A DNA stretch of 64,000 bases from the NCBI GenBank assembly GCA_942491885.1, contig CALOCQ010000010.1, positions 13,907 to 77,906 of the forward strand. Reading direction: 5' to 3'. Made by a program: the position numbers and the translations under genes. This DNA is from an uncultured Pseudomonadota bacterium (GTDB lineage: Bacteria > Pseudomonadota > Gammaproteobacteria > Steroidobacterales > Woeseiaceae). This document shows positions 31,362-40,526 of this stretch, one piece after another. The notes under the pieces are model-generated. The model was not told the origin of the DNA and ran no database searches. It was given only the letters and a program-made list of their open reading frames with translations. Numbering within the stretch: the first letter of the stretch is position 1; every line of letters begins with the position of its first letter.

Positions 31362-31398
31362 AGCCCCGGTCGACAGCTGTCGACCGGGGCTTTTTTTT
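31362..31398 (+). terminator. rho-independent terminator
   Basis: Perfect 30-nt palindrome AGCCCCGGTCGACAG/CTGTCGACCGGGGCT followed by a run of eight T. Confidence 0.85.
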
Positions 31399-31498
31399 AC
31401 CTGTGTATTGGGGTGTGAGACCTTGAGAAACGGGCCGCAGCCATGCATCATCGGCTATTGCCGCAGTGCAGCATACAAATCTTCCACCGGAGTCGAAA

Positions 31499-33499
31499 AT
31501 GCGCCAGTTCATGTTATTGCTCAGTCTTGTCCTGATCCTTACAGCGGGGCGGTCTGCGGCCGCAGCGAAGGTCGAAAATTTCCGTTTGCTGGATCAGAAC
31601 CTGCAAGCACATGAGCTGTACTACCATAAAGACGCCAAGGCGATAGTGCTGCTGGTGCAGAGCAACGGTTGCCCGATTGCGCGCAACCTGTTGCCTGACC
31701 TCAGTGATCTTCGTGACCGCTATGCCGAACGCGGTGTCGAGTTCGCATTGATTAACTCGAGTATCCAGGACACGCGCGCGGCAATCCGGGAAGAGGCCGA
31801 AACCTTTGCGATCGATTTTCCGATCCTCGTTGATGAAACCCAGCTGATTGGCGAGTCGCTCGAACTGGATCGCAGCGGTGAGGTTATTGTCGTTGATCCG
31901 ACGAATTGGACTATCGCTTATCGCGGCCCGCTCAGCGATCGCGTCGGTTATGAGACCCAGAAAAAAGAAGCGAGCGAGCACTACCTCGCCGATGCGCTTG
32001 ACAGCATTATCGCCGGCCAGCCAGTCGCCGAGCCGCGTCGCAATGCGGTCGGTTGCATCGTCAATTTCCCGGAGCGCGAGCGCGTTGCCGCTCACGCCGA
32101 AATCAGCTACAGCGACACTATTGCGCCATTGCTGGAGCAACGTTGCGTTGCCTGTCACCGTCCGGGCGGTATCGGCCCGTGGGCGATGACCAGCTACGAA
32201 ATGATTAAAGGTTTCTCACCGATGATTCGTGAGGTGGTCAGAACCCGCCGCATGCCACCGTGGGAAGTTGCGACCGATCTGCCGGACATCCACGGTGCAC
32301 GTGCGCTGACCGTCGACGAAAAGAAAACGCTGATCCATTGGATCGAAGCGGGCGCGCCGCGCGGCGAGGGTGAAGACCCGTTGCTTGCCGTCACGGCTGC
32401 GCCCAAAGAGTGGCCGCTTGGAGAGCCGGACCTTATCGTGTCGGCACCGCCGTTCACCGTGCCGGCGACCGGTGTTCTGGACTATCAGTTCCCGGCTATA
32501 GATAACCCGCTTGCGGAGGATGTCTGGGTGCGTGCGGTCAGCATCAAACCGGGGCAGGGCGAAGTCGTCCACCACGTGCTCATCGGTACCTCGGAGGAGA
32601 TGATCCCCGAAGGCGAGGGTCGTCTGGATGCCGTGTTCGGCAATTATCTTATGGGCTACGCGCCGGGCGCTGAGTCATATATCTATCCGGATGAAACCGG
32701 CGTGCTGGTCAAGGCCGGTGGTCAGATTCACCTGCAGATGCACTACACAACCTACGGTCGTGAAGTCACCGACGAGACGCAGATCGCGCTGTACTTTCAT
32801 GATGAGATGCCGCGCTACAACCTGCGCCAGCAGGTCGTGATCGGGCCCGACGTACAAATTCCACCGGGTGCCGAGCGACATACCGAGTCGGCGTATTTCG
32901 AGTTCGCACGTGACGCGGAGATTTACAGCCTGTTCCCGCACGCACATTACCGAGGTGTAGAAACGCGTTTCGATTTGCACCTGCCGGACGGCAGCAAGCA
33001 GCCATTGTTGCATGTGCCGCGTTACGACTTTAACTGGCAGCACACCTATTCGCTGGAAGAGCCGGTAAGCGTGCCGGCCGGAACGCGATTGGTGCACTCG
33101 ACCGTATACAACAACAGCGAACGCAATCCAGCCAATCCTGACGCGACCCGTGAGGTGCCATGGGGGCTGCAATCGTATGACGAGATGCTGTACGGCGGGT
33201 TCTTCTTTCGCTGGACCGAGGGCACTGCGAAAGCGCCGGTGCATGATGAGCTCGAATTTAATATCGCGCAGATGTTCGGTGGCTTCGACGACGACTTCGA
33301 TGGCGTTCTGACCGCAAAGGAAATGCCGGGCCGTCTTGGCGAAGCGTTCGAAGCCGGCCAGCTTGATCCGTTCAACAAGGACGGTGACGACGCGCTCAGT
33401 CCGGTCGAATATCGTGCATTTGTCGAGTACCGACGGAAACAGGCAGCCGAACAGCGCCAGGCTAATGCCGCGCAGACGCAGGGCAACGGCGACCGTTAG
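31499..33499 (+). CDS. secreted multidomain protein: thioredoxin-like/redoxin + single haem c motif + PHM/DBH-like copper monooxygenase + two EF-hand loops
   Basis: The ATG at 31499 has a GGAG 6 nt upstream and a signal peptide. A redoxin-like fold with a lone Cys (SNGCPIARN). CVACH...MPPW. Copper-ligand pattern VHHVLIG / HLQMHY / FPHAHYRG / YDEMLYGG. EF loops DDDFDGVLTAKE and NKDGDDALSPVE. Confidence 0.8.
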   Translation: MRQFMLLLSLVLILTAGRSAAAAKVENFRLLDQNLQAHELYYHKDAKAIVLLVQSNGCPIARNLLPDLSDLRDRYAERGVEFALINSSIQDTRAAIREEAETFAIDFPILVDETQLIGESLELDRSGEVIVVDPTNWTIAYRGPLSDRVGYETQKKEASEHYLADALDSIIAGQPVAEPRRNAVGCIVNFPERERVAAHAEISYSDTIAPLLEQRCVACHRPGGIGPWAMTSYEMIKGFSPMIREVVRTRRMPPWEVATDLPDIHGARALTVDEKKTLIHWIEAGAPRGEGEDPLLAVTAAPKEWPLGEPDLIVSAPPFTVPATGVLDYQFPAIDNPLAEDVWVRAVSIKPGQGEVVHHVLIGTSEEMIPEGEGRLDAVFGNYLMGYAPGAESYIYPDETGVLVKAGGQIHLQMHYTTYGREVTDETQIALYFHDEMPRYNLRQQVVIGPDVQIPPGAERHTESAYFEFARDAEIYSLFPHAHYRGVETRFDLHLPDGSKQPLLHVPRYDFNWQHTYSLEEPVSVPAGTRLVHSTVYNNSERNPANPDATREVPWGLQSYDEMLYGGFFFRWTEGTAKAPVHDELEFNIAQMFGGFDDDFDGVLTAKEMPGRLGEAFEAGQLDPFNKDGDDALSPVEYRAFVEYRRKQAAEQRQANAAQTQGNGDR

Positions 33500-33606
33500 C
33501 CGAAAGGCGCTGCGGCAATTGCGTATGCCGCCTGGCGTGATCACTGCACATACTGTTCGTTGAAGTTGCTGGCCCATCGGGGGTCTGGCGCGACTGACGG
33601 CAGACT

Positions 33607-34323
33607 ATGATGGCCCACAATGAGCGCGTGCTTGCCGCGCAGCAGGTGTGCAAGGTGTATGGCAGCGGCGATGTTGCCGTGCATGCGCTGCGTGATGTCG
33701 ATCTGGTGCTGGAACGCGGCGAGCTCGTCGTGTTGCTGGGCGCCTCCGGCAGCGGCAAGTCCACGCTGCTCAACATTCTCGGCGGGCTTGATCAGCCGAC
33801 GACCGGCCAGGTGTTTTTCGGCGCTCAGGAGCTGAGCGCCGCATCCGCCGCCGAATTAACCCGCTATCGTCGCGATCACGTGGGTTTCGTCTTTCAGTTC
33901 TACAACCTGATTCCGGGGCTGACCGCGCTGGAGAATGTGCAGCTGGTCACCGAGATCGCACGTGACCCGATGCCGGCCGCCGATGCGCTGGCGATGGTTA
34001 ACCTGCACGAGCGCGCGCACCATTTCCCGGCGGAGCTATCCGGCGGTGAACAGCAGCGCGTCGCGATCGCGCGGGCCATCGCGAAGCGACCGGCGGTGCT
34101 GCTCTGCGATGAGCCGACCGGCGCACTCGATAGCCAGACGGGCGTCGTCGTGCTGCAGGCGATTCGCCAGATTAATCGTGAGATTGGTACAACGACGGCG
34201 GTGATCACGCATAACCTCGCAACCGGCGACATGGCCGACCGTGTCGTGACCCTGGCGGACGGGCGGATCAGCAACGATCGGCGCAATCAGAACCCCGTCG
34301 ATCCGTCCGAGATCAGCTGGTAG
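33607..34323 (+). CDS. ABC transporter ATP-binding protein (MacB/LolD-like)
   Basis: Walker [10 protein letters not shown], signature [14 protein letters not shown], Walker [13 protein letters not shown]. Confidence 0.92.
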   Translation: MMAHNERVLAAQQVCKVYGSGDVAVHALRDVDLVLERGELVVLLGASGSGKSTLLNILGGLDQPTTGQVFFGAQELSAASAAELTRYRRDHVGFVFQFYNLIPGLTALENVQLVTEIARDPMPAADALAMVNLHERAHHFPAELSGGEQQRVAIARAIAKRPAVLLCDEPTGALDSQTGVVVLQAIRQINREIGTTTAVITHNLATGDMADRVVTLADGRISNDRRNQNPVDPSEISW

Positions 34324-34329
34324 CCGGTA

Positions 34330-36693
34330 GTGCGCATCCTCAACCGAAAACTGCGTCGCGATCTGTGGCATATGAAAGGGCAGGCCTTTGCCATTGCGAT
34401 GATCATCGCGTCTGGCACAGGGTTATGGGTTATGTCGATGTCGATTCATTCGGCGCTCGACGAGACGGTTGCGGCGTACTACGAGCGCTATCGGTTTGCC
34501 GACGCGTTTGCCGAGCTGCGTCGCGCGCCTACGTCGGTCGCCACCCAGATCGCCGGCATTGACGGGGTGCAGACCGCGCAGGCGCGCATCGTTGCGAACG
34601 CGATCCTCGATATCGACGGCGTCAATGAGCCGGTGCAGGCGCGGCTCGTGTCGTTGGCCGAGCACGGGGAATTGACGCTGAATAAACTGGCGCTGCGCTC
34701 GGGCCGGTTGCCGCGACCGGGGCACGCGGACGAGGTCGTGTTGAGCGAGCAGTTCGCCATCGCGCATGACCTGATTCCCGGCAAGCACTTCGCAGCGCTG
34801 ATGAATGGCCGTAAGCAGCGGCTGACGGTCGTTGGGACCACGCTGTCACCCGAATATATTTACGCAATGGCACCCGGTGCGCTGATGCCCGACGATCGCC
34901 GCTTCGGCATTATCTGGATGCCGTACGACACGCTCGCCGCCGCATTCGATCTCGATGGTGCGTTCAACAGCATCAGTGTGGCGTTGTTGCGCAGCGCCGA
35001 TGTGCGCGATGTAATTGCGCAGATGGACAATGCCCTCGGTCGCTATGGTGGCGTCGGGGCGGTCGCGCGAAAAGACCAGCTGTCGAACTGGTTTGTGATG
35101 AACGAGCTCGATGAGCTCAAACAGATGGCGACGATTCTGCCGGGTATCTTCCTGATTGTGGCCGCGTTCCTGACGAACATGGTGCTGGCGCGACTGATTG
35201 CCGTCGAGCGCAGCGAGATTGGCTTGTTGAAGGCCAACGGTTACACCAACCGGAGTGTCAGCTGGCACTACCTCAAGCTGGTCGCAGCGATTGCCGCCAT
35301 TGGTATCGTGCTTGGTTGGGTGATTGGCATCGGACTCGGGCGCTATGGCGCCACGCTGTATGCCAAGGTATTCCATTTCCCGCTGTTTATCTTTGAGCCT
35401 CAGCCCTCGCTGTTTCTGGTGTCGGCCGCGATCGGCCTGGCCGCCGCATGGCTGGGCACGATCGGCGCGGTAGCCCGCGTCGCACGTTTGCCGCCCGCGG
35501 AGGCGATGCGCCCGCAACAGCCGACATTTCGGCGACATGCGCGAACGCGTCCGGCCGAGTCGAAGCATTGGCTCGATCAGCCGAGCCGGATCGTGCTACG
35601 CCAGCTCGCCCGCAATCCGCTGCGCGCCGCTATCGCGACACTGGGCATGGCGGCGGGTGTTGCCGTCATGGTGCTGGCGCTGCAGTGGGCGGACTCGATC
35701 ACCGCGCTGTTAGACACAGAGTACTATCGCGCACAGCGCCAGGACTATTCCATCGCGCTGACCGAGCCGCGCAATATGGCCGCCGCATTCGATATCGCGC
35801 ATCTGCCGGGTGTGCTCGCCGCCGAGCCGACCCGCTATGTCAGTGCAGACCTTCAGCTCGGTAACCGCATCCACCGCGGGTCATTGCAGGGCCTGGTCAA
35901 GGACGCCGAACTGCAGCCCCTGTTCGATGTGAATCAGGGCGTGCAGACGGTGCCCGATAGCGGCCTGGTGTTGAGCACATGGCTCGCGAAAAAACTGCAG
36001 GCGGATGTCGGCGACGTGGTCACCGTGTCTGTGCTGAGCGGCCGCCGTCCGGTGCGCGATCTGACCGTTATGCAGATTGTCGAGACGAATCTGGGTATGC
36101 CCGCATGGATGGAGCTCAACGCACTCAACCGATTGCTGGGTGACGGTCCGGCGCTTCAGTCATTGTTGCTCAAAGTGGATGAGGCGCAGGAGGCAAAATT
36201 GCTGTCGGTGCTGCGCGATGTTCCTGCAATCAGCGCGGTAAGCAGCCGGCGCGCTGCGGTCAGCATGTTTCACGAGACTATCGAGAAAACGATCCTGATC
36301 TATATCGGTTTTTATATTGTGTTTGCGGTGTTGTTGTCATTCGGTGTTTGTTACAACAATGCGCGCATCACGCTTTCAGAAAACGGCCGCGATCTCGCCA
36401 CGCTGCGTGTGCTTGGGCTCACGCGTGCGGAGATCGGCTATATCTGTCTGGCGGAAACCGCGTTGCTCGCCTTGCTGGCGATACCGCTGGGGTATTTGCT
36501 TGGCTACGGGTTGGCGGTGATGATGTCGTCGACGTTTTCCAATGAACTGTTCAGGGCGCCATTGGTCGTCACCTCTGCGGCGCTTGGCAATGCCACGCTG
36601 GTCGCGCTGGGTGCGGCGGTTGTGTCGTTGCTGATCGTGCGCGTGAGGCTCGACCGACTCGACCTGATCGCCGTGCTGAAGACAAGGGAGTAG
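34330..36693 (+). CDS. ABC transporter permease with duplicated FtsX-like domains
   Basis: 787 aa. N-terminus MRILNRKLRRDLWHMKGQ is typical of FtsX/MacB-type permeases. Two 4-TM blocks are separated by periplasmic domains. Confidence 0.88.
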   Translation: MRILNRKLRRDLWHMKGQAFAIAMIIASGTGLWVMSMSIHSALDETVAAYYERYRFADAFAELRRAPTSVATQIAGIDGVQTAQARIVANAILDIDGVNEPVQARLVSLAEHGELTLNKLALRSGRLPRPGHADEVVLSEQFAIAHDLIPGKHFAALMNGRKQRLTVVGTTLSPEYIYAMAPGALMPDDRRFGIIWMPYDTLAAAFDLDGAFNSISVALLRSADVRDVIAQMDNALGRYGGVGAVARKDQLSNWFVMNELDELKQMATILPGIFLIVAAFLTNMVLARLIAVERSEIGLLKANGYTNRSVSWHYLKLVAAIAAIGIVLGWVIGIGLGRYGATLYAKVFHFPLFIFEPQPSLFLVSAAIGLAAAWLGTIGAVARVARLPPAEAMRPQQPTFRRHARTRPAESKHWLDQPSRIVLRQLARNPLRAAIATLGMAAGVAVMVLALQWADSITALLDTEYYRAQRQDYSIALTEPRNMAAAFDIAHLPGVLAAEPTRYVSADLQLGNRIHRGSLQGLVKDAELQPLFDVNQGVQTVPDSGLVLSTWLAKKLQADVGDVVTVSVLSGRRPVRDLTVMQIVETNLGMPAWMELNALNRLLGDGPALQSLLLKVDEAQEAKLLSVLRDVPAISAVSSRRAAVSMFHETIEKTILIYIGFYIVFAVLLSFGVCYNNARITLSENGRDLATLRVLGLTRAEIGYICLAETALLALLAIPLGYLLGYGLAVMMSSTFSNELFRAPLVVTSAALGNATLVALGAAVVSLLIVRVRLDRLDLIAVLKTRE

Positions 36694-36697
36694 CAAC

Positions 36698-37906
36698 ATG
36701 CGTGCATCGAGAATTCGTCTTTTGATATGGGCCGGCATAGCGATAACGATCGTTGCCGGTCTGGCCTTTCTGTTCCGGCCGGTGCCGGAGCGGGTGGACC
36801 TGGTGACAGTCGGCCGTGACAGTCTCGTCGTGACCGTCGATGATGAAGGCGAGACGCGGGTTCGCGACGTGTTCCTGTTGTCCTCACCGGTGGCCGGACA
36901 GGCAAGGCGTATCATTCTTGAGCCGGGCGATCGCGTTATTCGCAACGAGACGCTGATCACCGAAATCGAGCCTCGCGATGCAGATTTCCTGAATCCTCGC
37001 AGCGAAGCGCAGGCGCAAGCCGAAATGCGCGCCGCTGAATCGGCGTTGACGCTCGCCGAGGCCGAGGTCGAGCGTGCGCAGTCCGAGCTTGATTTTGCTG
37101 CTATGGAGCGAGGCCGCGCGCGCGAGCTAATCGTTGACAACAACATATCGCAGCGGGCACTGGACGACGCGGAGCGGGCTTTTCGCAGCGGCGTGGCGGC
37201 GCTGAACACGGCGCGCGCCGGATTACAGGTCAGACGCTTCGAACTGGAGCGCGCGCGTGCCTCGCTGATCATGCCATCCGGTGTCGACAGTGAGTCGGGC
37301 GCGGGCTGCCTGTGTATTCCCGTTACGGCCCCGGTGGACGGCAGCATCCTGCGTGTGCTGCATGAAAGCGCCGGCGTCGTGGAGGCCGGCGAGCCGCTTG
37401 CCGAGATTGGTGATCCATCGGCGCTGGAGATCGTCGTCGACCTGCTGTCCTCGGACGCGGTGCGCGTGCGCCCGGGGCAGAATGTTGTCATCGAGGAATG
37501 GGGTGGTCCACGGCCACTACAGGGCGTTGTCAGGCGCGTCGAACCGTTCGGGTTTACGCGCGTGTCATCGCTTGGTATCGAGGAGCAACGCGTCAATGTG
37601 ATTATCGACTTCGATCGCAACGTCGACGATGCGACGCAGCTCGGTCATGGCTATCGCGTGGTCACGCAAATCGAACTGGCGCGTGCAGAGGCTGCGTTGA
37701 CCGTGCCGCTCACGTCGTTATTCCGTGACGGCGAACAGTGGTCGGTGTTTGTCGAGCAAGACGGCCGCGCGCGCCTGGTGCATGTCACGATCGGCAAGCG
37801 CAACGCGCTGGCCGCCGAGATCGTTGATGGGCTCGCCGAGGGTGAGCAGATCGTTGCCTATCCGAGCCTGCGTATCAGCGACGGGACTCGCATAGCGGCA
37901 CGATGA
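36698..37906 (+). CDS. HlyD-family periplasmic adaptor
   Basis: N-terminal TM, a lipoyl motif (PVAGQARRIILEPGDRV), a coiled-coil and a beta-barrel C-terminus. It starts 5 nt after the permease stop. Confidence 0.88.
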   Translation: MRASRIRLLIWAGIAITIVAGLAFLFRPVPERVDLVTVGRDSLVVTVDDEGETRVRDVFLLSSPVAGQARRIILEPGDRVIRNETLITEIEPRDADFLNPRSEAQAQAEMRAAESALTLAEAEVERAQSELDFAAMERGRARELIVDNNISQRALDDAERAFRSGVAALNTARAGLQVRRFELERARASLIMPSGVDSESGAGCLCIPVTAPVDGSILRVLHESAGVVEAGEPLAEIGDPSALEIVVDLLSSDAVRVRPGQNVVIEEWGGPRPLQGVVRRVEPFGFTRVSSLGIEEQRVNVIIDFDRNVDDATQLGHGYRVVTQIELARAEAALTVPLTSLFRDGEQWSVFVEQDGRARLVHVTIGKRNALAAEIVDGLAEGEQIVAYPSLRISDGTRIAAR

Positions 37907-37918
37907 GCCGGCGCGTCG

Positions 37919-38725
37919 CTACAAGCCGGACAGCGCGATGCCGACCAGCAGCGCAAGTGCTGATGCGACAAGGCCCGCGAAAAGGACCCGGAGACCTCCG
38001 GTTATGATGCGTGTCTCGGCGATGCGTGCCTTGAGGCAGCCAATGACGAAAAACACCAGTGCTGCAATAATGGCGCTTTGCATGTATGTCGCGTTAGTGA
38101 CGCGCTCGGCGATGGCGAAAGGCAGCAGGGGTAATGCGCCGAAAATCACGAACGCGAAGAACGTCGCTATCGCTGCAGCGAGGGGCGCCCGCGGTGCATC
38201 GGCCACGCGGTGTTCCTCCCTGAGCATGGTGTCCACCCAGACCTTGCGGTCGCTGCTGATCACCGCTACAACCTGCTCCAGTGCGTCTCCGCTCAGTCCT
38301 TTCGCGGCATAAATCTGGCGCAGCTCTTCGCGCTCGCCGTCCGGCACGCGGGCGATATGATCGTGTTCCTCACGGCGCAACCGGTCGATGCGCTCGTGTT
38401 CTGTCTGGGCATTCTGGAAGTTGCTGACCGCCATGCTGAATCCATCGGCGATCAGATTGGCGAGCCCCATGATCAGCACGACGGCTGATGACAGGCCGGC
38501 GCCATAGGCGGCTGATGCGATAGCGAACGTCGTGACACAGCCATCGATGCCGCCCAGCACCGCATCGCCGGTGTAGTCGGGACTTACGCCATCTCGCAGG
38601 CGCCGTGCGATCGACTCGGGAGCATGTTGTTCATCGAGTAGCGTGCCTTGTCTGTCTTCGCTCGTGTTTGTCACCGGCTGGTTCCTCGTGGATTGCGACC
38701 AACGCTGAGTGTAGCGATGGCGCAT
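37919..38725 (-). CDS. VIT1/CCC1-family Fe/Mn transporter
   Basis: GGIDGCVTTFAIASAA...LANLIADGFSMAVSNF and a cytoplasmic metal-binding E-rich helix (TEHERIDRLRREEHDHI). The start is uncertain. Confidence 0.8.
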   Translation of the reverse strand: MRHRYTQRWSQSTRNQPVTNTSEDRQGTLLDEQHAPESIARRLRDGVSPDYTGDAVLGGIDGCVTTFAIASAAYGAGLSSAVVLIMGLANLIADGFSMAVSNFQNAQTEHERIDRLRREEHDHIARVPDGEREELRQIYAAKGLSGDALEQVVAVISSDRKVWVDTMLREEHRVADAPRAPLAAAIATFFAFVIFGALPLLPFAIAERVTNATYMQSAIIAALVFFVIGCLKARIAETRIITGGLRVLFAGLVASALALLVGIALSGL

Positions 38726-38764
38726 CCCGAGTGCTGTAGCGGATTGCCGCAGGCGAGCGGGTGG

Positions 38765-40408
38765 TCAGAAACCACGCTTGGCCTCGACCAGGAATTGCAG
38801 GTTATCGACGCGCGGGTCGCGCTCCAGCGGGAATGCAATATCGATGTGAATGACGCGGTTGCTGTTGCCGCGCGTGCTGCCCAGTCGAAGGCCGAAGCCG
38901 GCGTTTGACAGCAGCCGATCGTCGCGCAGCCCGGTGGCGTCTGCGCCCCAGGTGCGACCCGCGTCTATGAATGCGGCGCCGCCGACTCGAAACAACCTGA
39001 ACGGGTACCAGTCAGTGTAGAAGCGTTGCTCGATCGTCAGCAGTGCCCGGCTTTCACCATTGCCGAATGCACGCGGATAGCCGCGCAGCCCGCTGTCGCC
39101 GCCCAGTTCGACGAGATCATCGAGATCGAGTTTGTAACCGGCGGTGCCTGACAATCGCGCATAGAACACCCGCTTCTTCGATTGGCGTCGGTAGTAGGTC
39201 GCATCGACGCTGAGCTTTGCGTTCCTCAGATCATCTGATTCGATGCGCCCATTGGCCGCGGCGCCTAATGTCAGCAGTTGGTCGCTGGGCTGGCCGTAAC
39301 CGCGCTGCACGTTCGCATCAAAAAGACTGCCGTTACGATCGGCGCCCAACGATTCGGACAAATAGCCTAACGTGAGCCCGTAACGCGTGCCCAGATAGAA
39401 ATCCTCGGTGCGCACGATCTGATTCAGGTTCGAGGCAACCGCGAACCGATTCTCGATCCGTTCATAGCGCAGGTACGGGTAGCGCAGGTCACGGTCCGGC
39501 GGCACGGCGAGCAGGTCAGCCGTGTCATCCGGAACATCAAAGCGGTTGTCGGAAACAACTACGCCGGCCGTCCAGCGCGTTGTCCAGTTGTCGACCAGAC
39601 CGTTCGACCAGCCAAACCACGCGCTTGCACCGCGCTCGTCGTGGCGGAATCGTCCAACCTCATCGCCCAGCGAGAACAGCGGGTCCTCGCGGTCATCGGT
39701 AAATACATCAAAACCACCGGACCAGGTAGTGTCAAGCGAGTAGAACGGGCGCGCAAGACGAAAACGCGCGCCCTCACCATCATCACTATCCCGATATCTG
39801 ACATCGAGGCTGACCCAGCTGCGACCAATATTGCGATCCGAAAAGGCGAACTGTGTTGATCGACGATCCTCGTCCTTTCTTCTTGAGAACGAAATGGCGC
39901 TGCCGGTGCCGAGCAGATTATCCTCCTCGATGCCGAACTGGTAGCGTGTTTCGCCGCCGCTTCGCGACAACGAGAGCTCTGGCAGCAGTGTCCAGTTGTC
40001 ACGTACGCTGACAACGATATCGGCGACGCTATTCTGGTAGCGCACGACGCGAATCGCCGCATCATAGAAGAAACTGTTTCGCCGCAGCAGCCGGGCTGAT
40101 TCCTCGATCAGGTTTTCGTTCAGCGGCTCACCGCTCCTGAACAGCAGCTGGGATTTTACGACGCTATCGCGCGTGTTGATGTGCAGGCGGTTAGCGAGCC
40201 GGAAGATCGATTTGTTTTCCTTGCTGGATGTTGTGTCGAAGACGTCATTGATCTGCAACGTCACCTCGCCGATGATCGCGCCGGCGGCCTCTAGCTCGGC
40301 CAGTGTCGGGATGGGAGGGGAGGCGGCGCGCGCATCATTAAGCCCACCGAACAAAGCCAGCGCCAGCGAAAAAACTGCAATTAACAAGTGAGCCCTGTGG
40401 CCTGACAT
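38765..40408 (-). CDS. Omp85/BamA-family outer-membrane protein with one POTRA-like domain
   Basis: The ATG at 40408 gives signal peptide MSGHRAHLLIAVFSLALALFGGLNDARA. A POTRA-like segment (IGEVTLQINDVF...VVSVRDNWTL). The C-terminal barrel ends ...LVEAKRGF. Confidence 0.78.
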   Translation of the reverse strand: MSGHRAHLLIAVFSLALALFGGLNDARAASPPIPTLAELEAAGAIIGEVTLQINDVFDTTSSKENKSIFRLANRLHINTRDSVVKSQLLFRSGEPLNENLIEESARLLRRNSFFYDAAIRVVRYQNSVADIVVSVRDNWTLLPELSLSRSGGETRYQFGIEEDNLLGTGSAISFSRRKDEDRRSTQFAFSDRNIGRSWVSLDVRYRDSDDGEGARFRLARPFYSLDTTWSGGFDVFTDDREDPLFSLGDEVGRFRHDERGASAWFGWSNGLVDNWTTRWTAGVVVSDNRFDVPDDTADLLAVPPDRDLRYPYLRYERIENRFAVASNLNQIVRTEDFYLGTRYGLTLGYLSESLGADRNGSLFDANVQRGYGQPSDQLLTLGAAANGRIESDDLRNAKLSVDATYYRRQSKKRVFYARLSGTAGYKLDLDDLVELGGDSGLRGYPRAFGNGESRALLTIEQRFYTDWYPFRLFRVGGAAFIDAGRTWGADATGLRDDRLLSNAGFGLRLGSTRGNSNRVIHIDIAFPLERDPRVDNLQFLVEAKRGF

Positions 40409-40526
40409 AGTCAGATTCCCGACATCGACTTCTTTGCATGAGCGTACGCTTCGTGAGAGGCTTTTGCCAACGCAAAAGCCAACGCCACGTCGCGCGATGG
40501 ATATGCCATTTCCGGAGCGGATGTTT

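Noticed and set aside
36376-37620. 414-aa minus-strand ORF spanning the FtsX permease / HlyD junction
   Set aside because: The translation is Ser/Arg/Thr/Ala-rich and it runs antisense to two well-supported genes. It is a shadow ORF.
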